NCBI GenBank assembly: GCA_018303025.1
Contig: JAGVYZ010000014.1
Location: 21,145-85,144 of the forward strand
DNA length: 64,000 nt
Origin: Candidatus Woesearchaeota archaeon
Lineage (GTDB): Archaea > Nanobdellota > Nanobdellia > SCGC-AAA011-G17 > GW2011-AR20
Direction: 5' to 3'
Shown here: piece by piece, positions 1 to 9,665 of the stretch
How the letters are laid out: every line of letters starts with the position of its first letter
Position numbering within the stretch: position 1 is the stretch's first letter
Program-made: the position numbers and the translations under genes
Notes under the pieces: model-generated
What the model saw: the letters and a program-made list of their open reading frames with translations, nothing else
The model's database searches: none
What the model was told of the DNA's origin: nothing

Positions 1-587
1 AAACCAGAAGTGCTTTCTCCTATTTCGTGATAAGCAGGAGTTACGTTTGTTTTTTGCTCCCCTGTTCTTAATTTTTCACTTCCAATTATTAATGAATGAA
101 ATAATTCATGAATTACTCTTAAATCGCTATTTCTTGGACTTGTTGCTAAAACAACAGGAATATCTCTGGAGCCTGTTGCATATAGTGATTTGTTAGTTTC
201 AACTCTTTCAGCAAACTCTGCTAATTGATTTAATGCATCTTGGGTGTTAATAGCATATTGGTCTAAATCAGCACTTATTACAAGACTAGAGTCTCCTGTA
301 ACTGGAGAAAAAGTTGGATTAAATAAAATCTGCCTATAGCTTGTTCCAGGACCTCTGTTTTTTGGGTCATATAAAAACCAAATATCTGGCAACTCGACTA
401 ATTTTACTTCAGCAATTAAATCCTTATCTAAATTTTCATCAACTGCTAATTTTAAGCCAAATTGAAAACCGAGGTTATGAGTATTAGAAATATCTATAGC
501 GCTGTTAATGTTAACAATGCCTTTTTGATATTCATCAAAAGTTTCTTTTCCATTAATATAATGCTTTAATATTAGGTATCTTACCAT
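1..587 (-). CDS. Partial CDS (C-terminal part is cut by the window edge); protein with an HExxH (HELFH) zinc-metallopeptidase-like motif, function unknown
   Basis: Minus-strand ORF from ATG at 587 to the window edge, with an in-frame stop just upstream at 642-644. It is not in the ORF track because it is truncated. My translation: MVRYLILKHYINGKETFDEYQKG...VIHELFHSLIIGSEKL. Confidence 0.35.
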   Translation of the reverse strand, partial: MVRYLILKHYINGKETFDEYQKGIVNINSAIDISNTHNLGFQFGLKLAVDENLDKDLIAEVKLVELPDIWFLYDPKNRGPGTSYRQILFNPTFSPVTGDSSLVISADLDQYAINTQDALNQLAEFAERVETNKSLYATGSRDIPVVLATSPRNSDLRVIHELFHSLIIGSEKLRTGEQKTNVTPAYHEIGESTSG

Positions 588-726
588 GTTTTTTAATGGA
601 AATAAAGTTTTATAAACCTTTTCTTTATTACTACTTACTAGTTATGATATTTTAGATATAAGAAAGATATATAAAATTGAGTAATGGATAATTATTAGGG
701 ATTATTGATTCAATAAATGTGGAAAA

Positions 727-2025
727 ATGAAAAAAATTTATGTTGGAATGAGTGCGGATTTGATTCATCCAGGGCATTTGAATATTATTAATGTTGCAAA
801 AAGTCTTGGAGAAGTAACTGTTGGGTTATTGACTGATAGGGCAATAGCAAGCTACAAAAGACTTCCTTTTTTATCTTATGAGCAAAGAAAAATCATTGTT
901 GAAAACCTAAAAGGGGTTGATAATGTTATTGCACAAGAAACATTAGATTATGTTCCTAATTTAAAAAAATTAAAACCAGATTATGTTGTTCATGGAGATG
1001 ATTGGAAAACAGGTGTACAAAAAGAAGTCAGGCAAAGAGTAATTGATGCTTTAAATGAGTGGGGTGGCAAATTAATTGAACCAGAATATACTCCTGGAAT
1101 ATCTTCTACACAATTAAATCAAGGATTAAAAGAAATTGGTACAACTCCTGAAATTAGAATGAAGAGATTAAGGAGATTGCTTGAAGCAAAAGATATTGTG
1201 AGAATAATGGAAGCTCATAGTGGTTTGACAGGATTAATTGTTGAACATACTAAAGTAAAACAAGAAGGCAAAAATAAAGAATTTGATGGAATCTGGATAA
1301 GCAGTTTAACTGATTCAACTGTAAAAGGAAAGCCTGATATTGAATTCGTTGATTTGACTTCAAGATTGAATACAATACACCAAATATTAGAAGTAACAAC
1401 AAAACCATTAATTGTTGATGGAGATACAGGAGGTATTGTAGAACATTTTCCTTATATTGTTAAAACATTAGAAAGATTAGGGGTATCGGCTATAATAATT
1501 GAAGATAAGATTGGATTGAAAAAAAATTCATTATTTGGAACAGATGTAGAGCAAAATCAAGATTCAATTGAAAATTTCTGCAAAAAAATTTCTGCTGGAA
1601 AGAAAAGTCAGGTTACAAATGATTTTATGATTATTGCGAGAATTGAAAGCTTAATTTTAGGAAAAGGCATGGAAGATGCAATTAATAGAGCTAAAGAATA
1701 CATAAAAGCAGGAGCAGATGCTATTATGATTCATAGCAAAGAAAAAGAACCTGATGAAATATTAGAATTCTGCAAGAGATATAAAACATTTGAACAAAAA
1801 GTTCCTTTAGTTGCTGTTCCAACAACTTACCATAAAATTACTGAAAAAGAATTAAGCGATAATGGGGTAAATATTGTTATTTATGCTAATCATTTATTGA
1901 GAAGTGCATATCCTGCAATGGTTAAAACAGCTGAATCTATATTATTAAATGAAAGAGCTACTGAAAGTGAAGAGTATTGCATGCCTATAAAAGATATTTT
2001 AAATTTAATTCCAGGAGGAAACTAA
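727..2025 (+). CDS. pepM: Bifunctional cytidylyltransferase / phosphoenolpyruvate phosphomutase (Fom1-like CyTase-PepM fusion)
   Basis: The N-terminal ~130 aa carry the nucleotidyltransferase HxGH motif ([10 protein letters not shown]) typical of the glycerol-3-phosphate / phosphocholine cytidylyltransferase fold. The C-terminal domain carries the PEP mutase signature [13 protein letters not shown] plus the DGDTGG and RIESL motifs of the ICL/PEPM superfamily. Confidence 0.85.
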   Translation: MKKIYVGMSADLIHPGHLNIINVAKSLGEVTVGLLTDRAIASYKRLPFLSYEQRKIIVENLKGVDNVIAQETLDYVPNLKKLKPDYVVHGDDWKTGVQKEVRQRVIDALNEWGGKLIEPEYTPGISSTQLNQGLKEIGTTPEIRMKRLRRLLEAKDIVRIMEAHSGLTGLIVEHTKVKQEGKNKEFDGIWISSLTDSTVKGKPDIEFVDLTSRLNTIHQILEVTTKPLIVDGDTGGIVEHFPYIVKTLERLGVSAIIIEDKIGLKKNSLFGTDVEQNQDSIENFCKKISAGKKSQVTNDFMIIARIESLILGKGMEDAINRAKEYIKAGADAIMIHSKEKEPDEILEFCKRYKTFEQKVPLVAVPTTYHKITEKELSDNGVNIVIYANHLLRSAYPAMVKTAESILLNERATESEEYCMPIKDILNLIPGGN

Positions 2026-3150
2026 ATGTTAAGTTGCCTGGATTTTTATAATGAACTTACTCATAGGGGGATTAATTTTTTTGCAGGAGTGCCTGATTCA
2101 TTATTAAAAGATTTTTGTGCTTATATTACGGATAATGTTGATTCTAAAAATAACATTATTACTGCTAATGAAGGTGGGGCAATATCTTTATCATCTGGAT
2201 ATCATTTGGCAACTGGAAAAATACCCTTAGTATATATGCAAAATTCAGGACAAGGAAATGCCGTAAATCCTTTAACATCACTAGCAGACCCTGAAGTTTA
2301 TAAAATTCCTATGATTTTGCTTATAGGATGGAGGGGAGAGCCAGGAGTACATGATGAACCTCAACATGTTAAGCAGGGAAAAATAACATTAGATTTACTA
2401 GTTACATTAGGAATTCCTTACAGTATTTTACCACAAAGTTTAGAAGAAGCTAAAGTTTGTCTTAATGAAATGTTTGCTTCTTTAAAAGAAAAAGGTTTAC
2501 CTTATGCTCTAGTTGTAAGAAAGGATACTTTTGAACATTATGAACTAAAAAATAAATTAATAACAAACTATGAACTAGGAAGAGAAGATGCTTTAGATTT
2601 AGTTTTAAGTGAATTAAATGAGAATGATATAATTGTATCAACAACAGGCATGCTTTCAAGAGAACTTTTTGAATATAGAGAAAAAAGAAAAGAAGGACAT
2701 GAACAAGATTTCTTAACAGTTGGTTCAATGGGGCATGCATCACAAATTGCATTAGGAATTGCATTGCAAAAACCTGAAAGACAGGTATATTGTTTTGATG
2801 GTGATGGTGCTTTGATAATGCATATGGGCGCTTTAGCTATAACTGGTTCACAACAGGTTCCTAACTTCAGGCATGTTGTTTTCAATAATGGTAGTCATGA
2901 TTCTGTTGGAGGACAACCCACTGTTGGATTTAATATTGATATTACTTCAATAGCTAAATCATGTGGTTATAAAATTGCAATTAAAGCTGAGAATTCTGAA
3001 GAGTTAGAAAGAGGTTTGAGATTTTTAAGAGAAAATGAAGGACCTTCTTTATTGGAAATAAGAGTAAATAAAGGAGCAAGAAAAGATTTGGGAAGACCGA
3101 GTACAACACCTTTACAAAATAAAGAAGCATTTATGAAACACCTAAGATGA
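2026..3150 (+). CDS. ppd: Phosphonopyruvate decarboxylase (TPP-dependent), Fom2/Ppd-like
   Basis: Starts immediately after the pepM stop. At 374 aa it matches Ppd length. Has a thiamine-diphosphate binding motif (GDGALIMHMGALAI...NNGSHDS). Ppd is the obligate partner of PepM. Confidence 0.8.
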   Translation: MLSCLDFYNELTHRGINFFAGVPDSLLKDFCAYITDNVDSKNNIITANEGGAISLSSGYHLATGKIPLVYMQNSGQGNAVNPLTSLADPEVYKIPMILLIGWRGEPGVHDEPQHVKQGKITLDLLVTLGIPYSILPQSLEEAKVCLNEMFASLKEKGLPYALVVRKDTFEHYELKNKLITNYELGREDALDLVLSELNENDIIVSTTGMLSRELFEYREKRKEGHEQDFLTVGSMGHASQIALGIALQKPERQVYCFDGDGALIMHMGALAITGSQQVPNFRHVVFNNGSHDSVGGQPTVGFNIDITSIAKSCGYKIAIKAENSEELERGLRFLRENEGPSLLEIRVNKGARKDLGRPSTTPLQNKEAFMKHLR

Positions 3151-4271
3151 ACCAGGAAGAACATATTGGCAAAGGAAGTTTAAAAAAATTGCCTGAAATC
3201 ATAAAAAGATTTGGTTCGAAAAAAATATTTCTTGTTACTGGGAAAAAATCTTTTGAATCTTTAAATGGTAAAGAAATTATAGATAGTTTGAAAGAAAATT
3301 ATGAAATTACTCATTTTAATGATTTTTCAGTAAATCCTAATATTTATGATGTAAAGAAAGGTATTGAAGTTTTAAAAGAAAATAAATGTGATTTGGTTGT
3401 TGCAATAGGCGGAGGAAGTGTCATTGATATGGCTAAATCAATAAATATACTTGCTAATCAGGATGATGAAATAGAGAAGTATATAACTGATGAAAAAGAA
3501 ATAACAAAAAAAGGAAACAATTTAATTGCAATACCCACTACTTCTGGTTCTGGAAGTGAAGCAACTCATTTTGCTGTGATTTACATTGATAAAAAAAAGT
3601 TTTCTTTGAGCCATGAATTTATATTACCTATCTGTTCAATTGTAGATTCTGAATTAACAAAAAATCTGCCTAAAGAAATAGCTGCTTCATCTGGAATGGA
3701 TGCACTATGTCAATCTATTGAATCTTATTGGGCTGTTAATTCAAGCGATATTTCAAAAGAATATGCCAGAGATGCAATAAAATTAATTATTGAAAATCTG
3801 GAAAATTATGTTAATGAAAATAATGAAGAAAATCGAGAAATAATGGCAAAAGCTAGTCATCTTGCTGGAAAAGCAATTAATATTTCAAAAACAACTGCTG
3901 CGCATGCAATTTCTTATGGCTTTACTTCTTATTTAGGAATTCAACATGGTCATGCTGTTAGTTTAACATTGCCTTATTTTATAAAATTTAATAATGAAAT
4001 TAGTGAAGAGAGTAATAATGACAAAAGAGGAGTAGAATATGTAAAAAATACAATGAAAGAACTCTTTGATTTATTAAGCGTTAAAACATCAATGGAAGCA
4101 CAAAAGAAGATTATTAATTTAATGCAAAGAATAGGGCTTAAAACTGAATTAAGCGAATCTGCTGATAAAATAAACCTGATTTTAAATTCTGTTAGTTTAG
4201 AAAGACTTGAGAATAATCCCAGAAAAGTGAAAAGGGAAGATTTAATGGAGATATTAAAAAATATTCTCTAA
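3147..4271 (+). CDS. Iron-containing (group III) alcohol dehydrogenase; phosphonoacetaldehyde reductase-like (FomC/PhpC-like, makes 2-hydroxyethylphosphonate)
   Basis: ATGA overlap with the ppd stop indicates translational coupling. Has the Fe-ADH motif GGGSVIDMAKS and conserved His residues (HGHAVS). The position after pepM-ppd mirrors fom1-fom2-fomC. Confidence 0.7.
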   Translation: MNQEEHIGKGSLKKLPEIIKRFGSKKIFLVTGKKSFESLNGKEIIDSLKENYEITHFNDFSVNPNIYDVKKGIEVLKENKCDLVVAIGGGSVIDMAKSINILANQDDEIEKYITDEKEITKKGNNLIAIPTTSGSGSEATHFAVIYIDKKKFSLSHEFILPICSIVDSELTKNLPKEIAASSGMDALCQSIESYWAVNSSDISKEYARDAIKLIIENLENYVNENNEENREIMAKASHLAGKAINISKTTAAHAISYGFTSYLGIQHGHAVSLTLPYFIKFNNEISEESNNDKRGVEYVKNTMKELFDLLSVKTSMEAQKKIINLMQRIGLKTELSESADKINLILNSVSLERLENNPRKVKREDLMEILKNIL

Positions 4272-4308
4272 TAAATAGATTTTTAAGAAGCAATAAATAA
4301 TTTTTAGA

Positions 4309-5814
4309 ATGGAACAGCCAAATGATTCATTGAAGGTTTTAGCCAAGGGTGCAATAATTATTTTAACATTAAGCGTCCTTACTAAAATCCTGAATTATGT
4401 ATACAAAATAATAGTTGCAAGAAGTTTGGGACCTGAAGGTTATGGCGTTATTATCTTAACTTCTGGAATTATAGGCTTTTGCGCTTCATTAGCTGTTTTT
4501 AATTTAAGTAGCGGTGTAGAAAGATATTTAAGTTATTATAGGGAAAAAGAAGGAAGAATAAAGAGTGTTACTATTTTTTCCATAAGATTTGTAATGATAA
4601 CAGGAGTTCTTATGTATATTTTGATTTTACTTTTTTACAAATATGTTAGTTTAGAAATTTTCAAAAATCCATTATTATTGAAAACACTGCCTATATTTGC
4701 CCTAGCTATTCCATTTTATGTTTTACTTGAAATAGTACTAGCTGCTTTCAGGGGTTTTGAAAAACAAGTATTTTATGGAATTTTTGGTGAATTTGGAAAG
4801 AGTTTTATTAAATTAGTAATAACTTCTGTATTTCTTTTATTGGGACTCGGAATTACAGGAATATCATGGGCTTATCCATTGACATTTTTTGTCCTTTTTT
4901 CATTTGGCTTTCTTGTTTTAACCAATAAGGTTTTCAATATTTTCAACAAAAAAATAAAAGAAGAAAATATGACTAAAGAGTTATTGAAATATTCTTACCC
5001 ATTATTTTTTGCAGGCACTCTTTGGATAGTTTCTAGCTGGATAGACAGTTTTATGATTGGCTACTTTAAACCAGAAGCAGACATTGGAATTTATAATGTG
5101 GCATTCTCTACTTCAAGTTTAATGACTATATTTTTCGTTGCATTAGGCAGTTTTTTCATCCCTGTAGTATCAAATCTTTTTTCAAAAGAAAAAATAGACG
5201 AAATTAAAGAGATTTACTCAAGAACTTGCAAATGGAATCTAATAATAGGGAGTATAATAATAGGATTTTTAATTATTTTTTCGCAATATATAATAAATAT
5301 TCTTTTTGGTATAGATTATAGCAATGGAAAAATACCTTTAATTATACTTTGTATTGGATTTTTTGTAATGATTGCTACTGGATATAGCGAGCAGTTGTTG
5401 ATGGCTGTTGGAAAAACAAAGCTTACTTTTTTTGCAAGATTGATTTCATTGATTTCCAATGTAACATTGAACATTATTTTAATACCAAAATATGGAATAA
5501 TAGGAGCTGCAGTTGCAACTTCTGCTTCTTTTATTGTATTACATGCATCTTTGCTGATCATGATAAACAAATTTTTAAGCATTAATCCATTTAATACTGG
5601 CTATTATAAAACACTTGTTTCTTTGGGAACTGCTTCATTAGCATCATTTGGAATATATCACTTCGTTAAACCTGGATTTTATACAATGTTGATATCCTTC
5701 TTTGTTTTTTCTGCTTTAATGATTAGTTTGATAATAATATTAAAAGTGCTTGACAAAGAAGATTTTTACATACTAAAAGCAATCCTAAGAAAAGTTGGAA
5801 TTAAAATTTTGTAA
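4309..5814 (+). CDS. MOP-superfamily polysaccharide/oligosaccharide flippase (Wzx/AglR-like)
   Basis: 501 aa, about 12-14 predicted TM helices, and the polysaccharide-biosynthesis-protein topology. Confidence 0.7.
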   Translation: MEQPNDSLKVLAKGAIIILTLSVLTKILNYVYKIIVARSLGPEGYGVIILTSGIIGFCASLAVFNLSSGVERYLSYYREKEGRIKSVTIFSIRFVMITGVLMYILILLFYKYVSLEIFKNPLLLKTLPIFALAIPFYVLLEIVLAAFRGFEKQVFYGIFGEFGKSFIKLVITSVFLLLGLGITGISWAYPLTFFVLFSFGFLVLTNKVFNIFNKKIKEENMTKELLKYSYPLFFAGTLWIVSSWIDSFMIGYFKPEADIGIYNVAFSTSSLMTIFFVALGSFFIPVVSNLFSKEKIDEIKEIYSRTCKWNLIIGSIIIGFLIIFSQYIINILFGIDYSNGKIPLIILCIGFFVMIATGYSEQLLMAVGKTKLTFFARLISLISNVTLNIILIPKYGIIGAAVATSASFIVLHASLLIMINKFLSINPFNTGYYKTLVSLGTASLASFGIYHFVKPGFYTMLISFFVFSALMISLIIILKVLDKEDFYILKAILRKVGIKIL

Positions 5815-6780
5815 AGAAAGAGAATCAGCTATAATTAAATTGCCCAATTTGTTTGGATGATATGGGTCATATTCATTTATTCTTAAATCTTGATATTTAT
5901 ATTTAGAGAATTCAGGCAATAAATCCAATGTTTTAAATCCAATTTCAGAAGCAATAAAAGTTACATTTTGATGAATGTAATTCCATTGATAATCATCAAG
6001 ATTGTATAACATAGGAACTATAACTAATAATGGCTTTTTACCTGTAATTTCTAAAGAGTTATTGTAAAAAATTTGCAAAGGCAGACTAACATCTTCACCC
6101 CATCTTTTTTTATCTAAAGAAATAGAATCAACTAAATTGTAGAAATCATCATTTTTTGACTGGATAGTGTAAATAGTATTTCTTAAAAGATAAAGAACTT
6201 TTATTTTATACAAGCTATTTTTTAATTTGCAATTTATTGGCAAATTGATAAGATTTATTTTACAATCTTCTTTTTTAACTATTGGTTCAAAATCATTTAA
6301 TGTGTATTCTAAAATTATAAAATCAGGGTTGTATTTTTTAACTTTATAAGTTAAATATTCAGCTTCCTGAAATGTGTTATATCCACCAAAACCAAAATTA
6401 ACAACTTCATAATTTTCCCCTAATTTTTTTTCTAATACTTTTGCAAAAGTATCTGATAGGTTAACACCTACACCATAAGAAACACTATCCCCTAAAACTG
6501 CTATTCTATAAATTTTGGGGGATTTTGTAATATTAATTTCATAATCTCTAAGACCATCACTATTAAGCTGATAAATCTCTTTTGAAAAACTGGGTGTTGG
6601 TTCAAAGGATAAAATTGAGTTATTTGACTCTTTGCCACCGAGGTCTCTTATATTTAATGCCAGTTGTTCATTTTTATCATAACTAATTAATCTTAAAGAA
6701 ATTTCAAACAAAAAAAGAACAATTAGGCAAAGAATTAAGTTAAATATAACAATTTTTATGGCCTTTTTCACTCTTTTCAT
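5785..6780 (-). CDS. SGNH/GDSL-family hydrolase (esterase/acyltransferase-like) with an N-terminal membrane anchor
   Basis: N-terminal TM helix followed by a GDS block (AVLGDSVSYGVG). Converges on the flippase with a 30-nt overlap. Confidence 0.55.
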   Translation of the reverse strand: MKRVKKAIKIVIFNLILCLIVLFLFEISLRLISYDKNEQLALNIRDLGGKESNNSILSFEPTPSFSKEIYQLNSDGLRDYEINITKSPKIYRIAVLGDSVSYGVGVNLSDTFAKVLEKKLGENYEVVNFGFGGYNTFQEAEYLTYKVKKYNPDFIILEYTLNDFEPIVKKEDCKINLINLPINCKLKNSLYKIKVLYLLRNTIYTIQSKNDDFYNLVDSISLDKKRWGEDVSLPLQIFYNNSLEITGKKPLLVIVPMLYNLDDYQWNYIHQNVTFIASEIGFKTLDLLPEFSKYKYQDLRINEYDPYHPNKLGNLIIADSLSLQNFNSNFS

Positions 6781-6831
6781 TTATTACTAAAGGACATAAA
6801 CCTTTAAAAATTTTAGCTATTCCTAATTCTT

Positions 6832-8412
6832 ATGCAAAAAAGAGAAAATAACAATTATGATGGGAAAATTGTACTTGTTTATATTCATGATACTGACTCA
6901 TACAAAGCTTTGCCTGTAGGATTACAATATCTTGGTTCGCATGTAAAAAGAGAAGGTTATGAAGTTAAAATATTAAATCTTTATTTGGACAAAGTTATAG
7001 ATAATTTACCTGAAAATTATAAAGAACTTTTAAAAAAAGAATGTGAGAATTCTATTATCTTAGGAATCTCTGCTATGACTAACCAGGCTTATAGAGGATT
7101 ACAAATTTCAGAATTTGTAAAAAAAATATATCCTAAAATTTGTGTGGTCTGGGGTGGAATTCATGGAACTCTTTTTCCAGAAGATACTTGTGAAAATCCA
7201 AATATTGATTTCATTGTTATGGGAGAAGGAGAAATTACATTTAGCGAGCTTTTGAATAATCTTGGAAAATCAAAAAATTATTCAAAAATTGATGGACTAG
7301 CCTATAAATCTGGAAAAAAAGTATATGTAACTAAGAAAAGAGCATTAATTGATATGTCTAAAATGGCTATTCCTGACTGGGATATTGTTGACGAGTTTGT
7401 AAAAGAAAATATTTATCAATATTTCTGGGGGGACAATTTAAAGTTTACAGAAGTGCATACTGGGAGGGGATGCCCCCACAGATGTAACTTTTGCATTGAT
7501 TCTATTCTTTATGGAAAAACATGGAGACCAAGAAAAGTAGACAGTATTTTAGATGAAATAGAGATGCTGATAAAAAGATATAATATAGACCTGATTGAAT
7601 TAAGAGATGAAAATTTCTTTGTTGATTTAAAAAGAGTAGAAGAGTTTTGCGATAAAAAAATTAAGAGGGGGATAAACATAAAATGGGGAGCTTCAATAAG
7701 GGCTGATTATTTTGAAAGAATAGATGATAATTTTATGAAAAAATTGAAAGACAGTAATTGCTATAGATTTTGGTTTGGGGCTGAATCAGGAAGCCAGAGA
7801 ATTTTAGATTTAATAAAAAAAGATGTTAAACTCTCTAGTTTGTATAAATCAGCACATATGAGCAAAAAATATGGAATAATGCCATTATATTCTTTTATGA
7901 TAGGACAGCCGGGAGAGACAAAAGAAGAGATGAAACAAACAGTTGTTTTAATTAAAAACCTAATAAACATAAACAAAAGAACTGGAATTTTAGGACCTCA
8001 AATATTAAGGCCATATCCTGGATGTGAAATGTTTGATATGTGCGTTAAAGAAGGTTTTGAATCACCTAAGAAGCTTGAAGAGTGGAGAGATTTGGATAGA
8101 ATTTCATTATATTATTTAAGCACTGATTCTTTACCTTGGATAAAAGACAAAGAATTTGTAGAAGTTGTTGCTTATTATACCCCAAAAGCATTTAACATGA
8201 GCTATTTAGTGGGAATAAACTTTTTTTGGAAATTGCTTTTTGGATTAAGGTCTAAATTGTTTCAATTTGGATTATTTGCTTTTATGGGAACTAGTGAAAA
8301 AAGCTTAATGAGAATATTATTAAAGGAATATTTGAAGATAATAGACCAATCAAGTGATATTGGAAAAGGCTTTGTAAAAAGATTTACAAAGATTTTGAAA
8401 TATAGTGCTTAA
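6832..8412 (+). CDS. Cobalamin-binding (class B) radical SAM enzyme, probable methyltransferase; candidate Fom3-like
   Basis: An N-terminal B12-binding-like domain followed by CxxxCxxC (GRGCPHRCNFCID). At 526 aa it is close to Fom3 in length. Confidence 0.8.
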   Translation: MQKRENNNYDGKIVLVYIHDTDSYKALPVGLQYLGSHVKREGYEVKILNLYLDKVIDNLPENYKELLKKECENSIILGISAMTNQAYRGLQISEFVKKIYPKICVVWGGIHGTLFPEDTCENPNIDFIVMGEGEITFSELLNNLGKSKNYSKIDGLAYKSGKKVYVTKKRALIDMSKMAIPDWDIVDEFVKENIYQYFWGDNLKFTEVHTGRGCPHRCNFCIDSILYGKTWRPRKVDSILDEIEMLIKRYNIDLIELRDENFFVDLKRVEEFCDKKIKRGINIKWGASIRADYFERIDDNFMKKLKDSNCYRFWFGAESGSQRILDLIKKDVKLSSLYKSAHMSKKYGIMPLYSFMIGQPGETKEEMKQTVVLIKNLININKRTGILGPQILRPYPGCEMFDMCVKEGFESPKKLEEWRDLDRISLYYLSTDSLPWIKDKEFVEVVAYYTPKAFNMSYLVGINFFWKLLFGLRSKLFQFGLFAFMGTSEKSLMRILLKEYLKIIDQSSDIGKGFVKRFTKILKYSA

Positions 8413-8449
8413 TCATTAAGATTATAAACTTAATTTTTTTTGTCTTTTT

Positions 8450-9634
8450 ATGAGAATTTTAATAATGGCTGCTGCAGCTGCAACTTATGATCATCAAGGA
8501 TATTTTACTGAACTTGCTAAACACAAAGATGTTGAACTAAAAGTATTAATTTCACCTTATTGGTCTAGTTTTGCTGCTGGCGGAATTTCATTAAAAAAAG
8601 AAAATAGGGTTTATGCCAATAGATTTGGATATAATAATGAATCAGGATATAACCTAATTGAAAAAGTACCATTATTTTGTGGAAAGTCATATCATATTTT
8701 TACAGGGCTTTGGAAATTATTAAATGAAATAAATCCGGATGTGATAGAGTATATATTTGAACCATGGAACATATCACTAACCCAGATAATACTTTGGAAA
8801 AAATTATTTAGGAAAAAAACAAAAATAGTATTTTTTTCTCATGAAAATATTTATCAGACATATCAAAATAGATTTTTTTATAATTTAATACAGTATAAGA
8901 TTATAGAAAAATATAATCTTAAAAGAGTTGATGGCTGTAATGGAGCGACTAATGAGATATTAGAAGTTATGAAGAAAAAAGGATTTAGTGGAAAGACTAT
9001 TGTTACAGGAGATGAATTAGATTCTAAAATATTTCATGAAAAAGATGCTTCAGTTTTAAAGAAAAAACTCAAAATAAAAAATTTTGTTATTGGCTATGCT
9101 GGAAGGTTAGAAGAAGCTAAAGGAGTAATGACTTTAATTGATGCTATTGGACAGATAAAAAATGAAAATTTTACATTATTGATTTGTGGCTGGAGTGATA
9201 GCGATTTTACAAAAAAAATACTTGAAAAAATAAAAATATTTGGCATTGAAAACAAAGTTATAATAATAAATGAAAGACTGGGAAGAAAGATTGTTGATTA
9301 TTACAATATCATGGATGTTATTGTTGTTCCATCTTTAACTACAAAATACTGGAAAGAACAGTTTGGAAGAGTTAATATTGAGGCAATGGCTTGTGGTACT
9401 CCTGTAATTGGAAGCAGTTCAGGAGGAATACCTGAAGTAATAGGTAATGCTGGATTAATTTTCAAAGAAGGAGAGGCTAATAGCCTAAAAGACAAAATTT
9501 TAACTATAATGAAAGATAAAAAATTATTAAAAGAATTGTCTATAAAAAGCATAGAGAGAGTAAAAGATAATTTTACAGGCAAAAAGAAAGCTGAAAAAAG
9601 CTACAAATTTTATAAAAAACTGCTAAATCAATAG
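8450..9634 (+). CDS. Glycosyltransferase family 4 (GT-B, retaining)
   Basis: Has the C-terminal EX7E-type motif region EQFGRVNIEAMACGTPVIGSSSGGIPEVI. Confidence 0.75.
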   Translation: MRILIMAAAAATYDHQGYFTELAKHKDVELKVLISPYWSSFAAGGISLKKENRVYANRFGYNNESGYNLIEKVPLFCGKSYHIFTGLWKLLNEINPDVIEYIFEPWNISLTQIILWKKLFRKKTKIVFFSHENIYQTYQNRFFYNLIQYKIIEKYNLKRVDGCNGATNEILEVMKKKGFSGKTIVTGDELDSKIFHEKDASVLKKKLKIKNFVIGYAGRLEEAKGVMTLIDAIGQIKNENFTLLICGWSDSDFTKKILEKIKIFGIENKVIIINERLGRKIVDYYNIMDVIVVPSLTTKYWKEQFGRVNIEAMACGTPVIGSSSGGIPEVIGNAGLIFKEGEANSLKDKILTIMKDKKLLKELSIKSIERVKDNFTGKKKAEKSYKFYKKLLNQ

Positions 9635-9665
9635 GCATCAATAATGTTATAAATTTAACCTGCTG

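Noticed and set aside
2462-3164. Short minus-strand ORFs (2462..2764, 2568..2885, 2967..3164) inside the ppd gene. The same pattern recurs throughout the ORF track, e.g. 5316..5582, 7761..7976, 9301..9582, 10327..10512, 16523..16804, 20888..21288, 26082..26477, 27448..27801, 33980..34250, 37554..37859, 62388..63107.
   Set aside because: They lie fully within long, well-supported genes on the opposite strand. Their low-complexity Leu/Phe/Lys-rich translations are typical of antisense reading of AT-rich DNA. They have no recognisable motifs and no independent start/RBS context.
727-8412. Possibility that this is a complete fosfomycin (or other phosphonate antibiotic) biosynthetic cluster
   Set aside because: Only the early Fom1/Fom2/FomC-like steps and a candidate Fom3-like rSAM are present. 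No HppE/Fom4 cupin epoxidase, FomD hydrolase or FomA/FomB resistance kinases are recognisable in the window. The context is wall-to-wall glycosylation genes, so glycan decoration is the more parsimonious reading.
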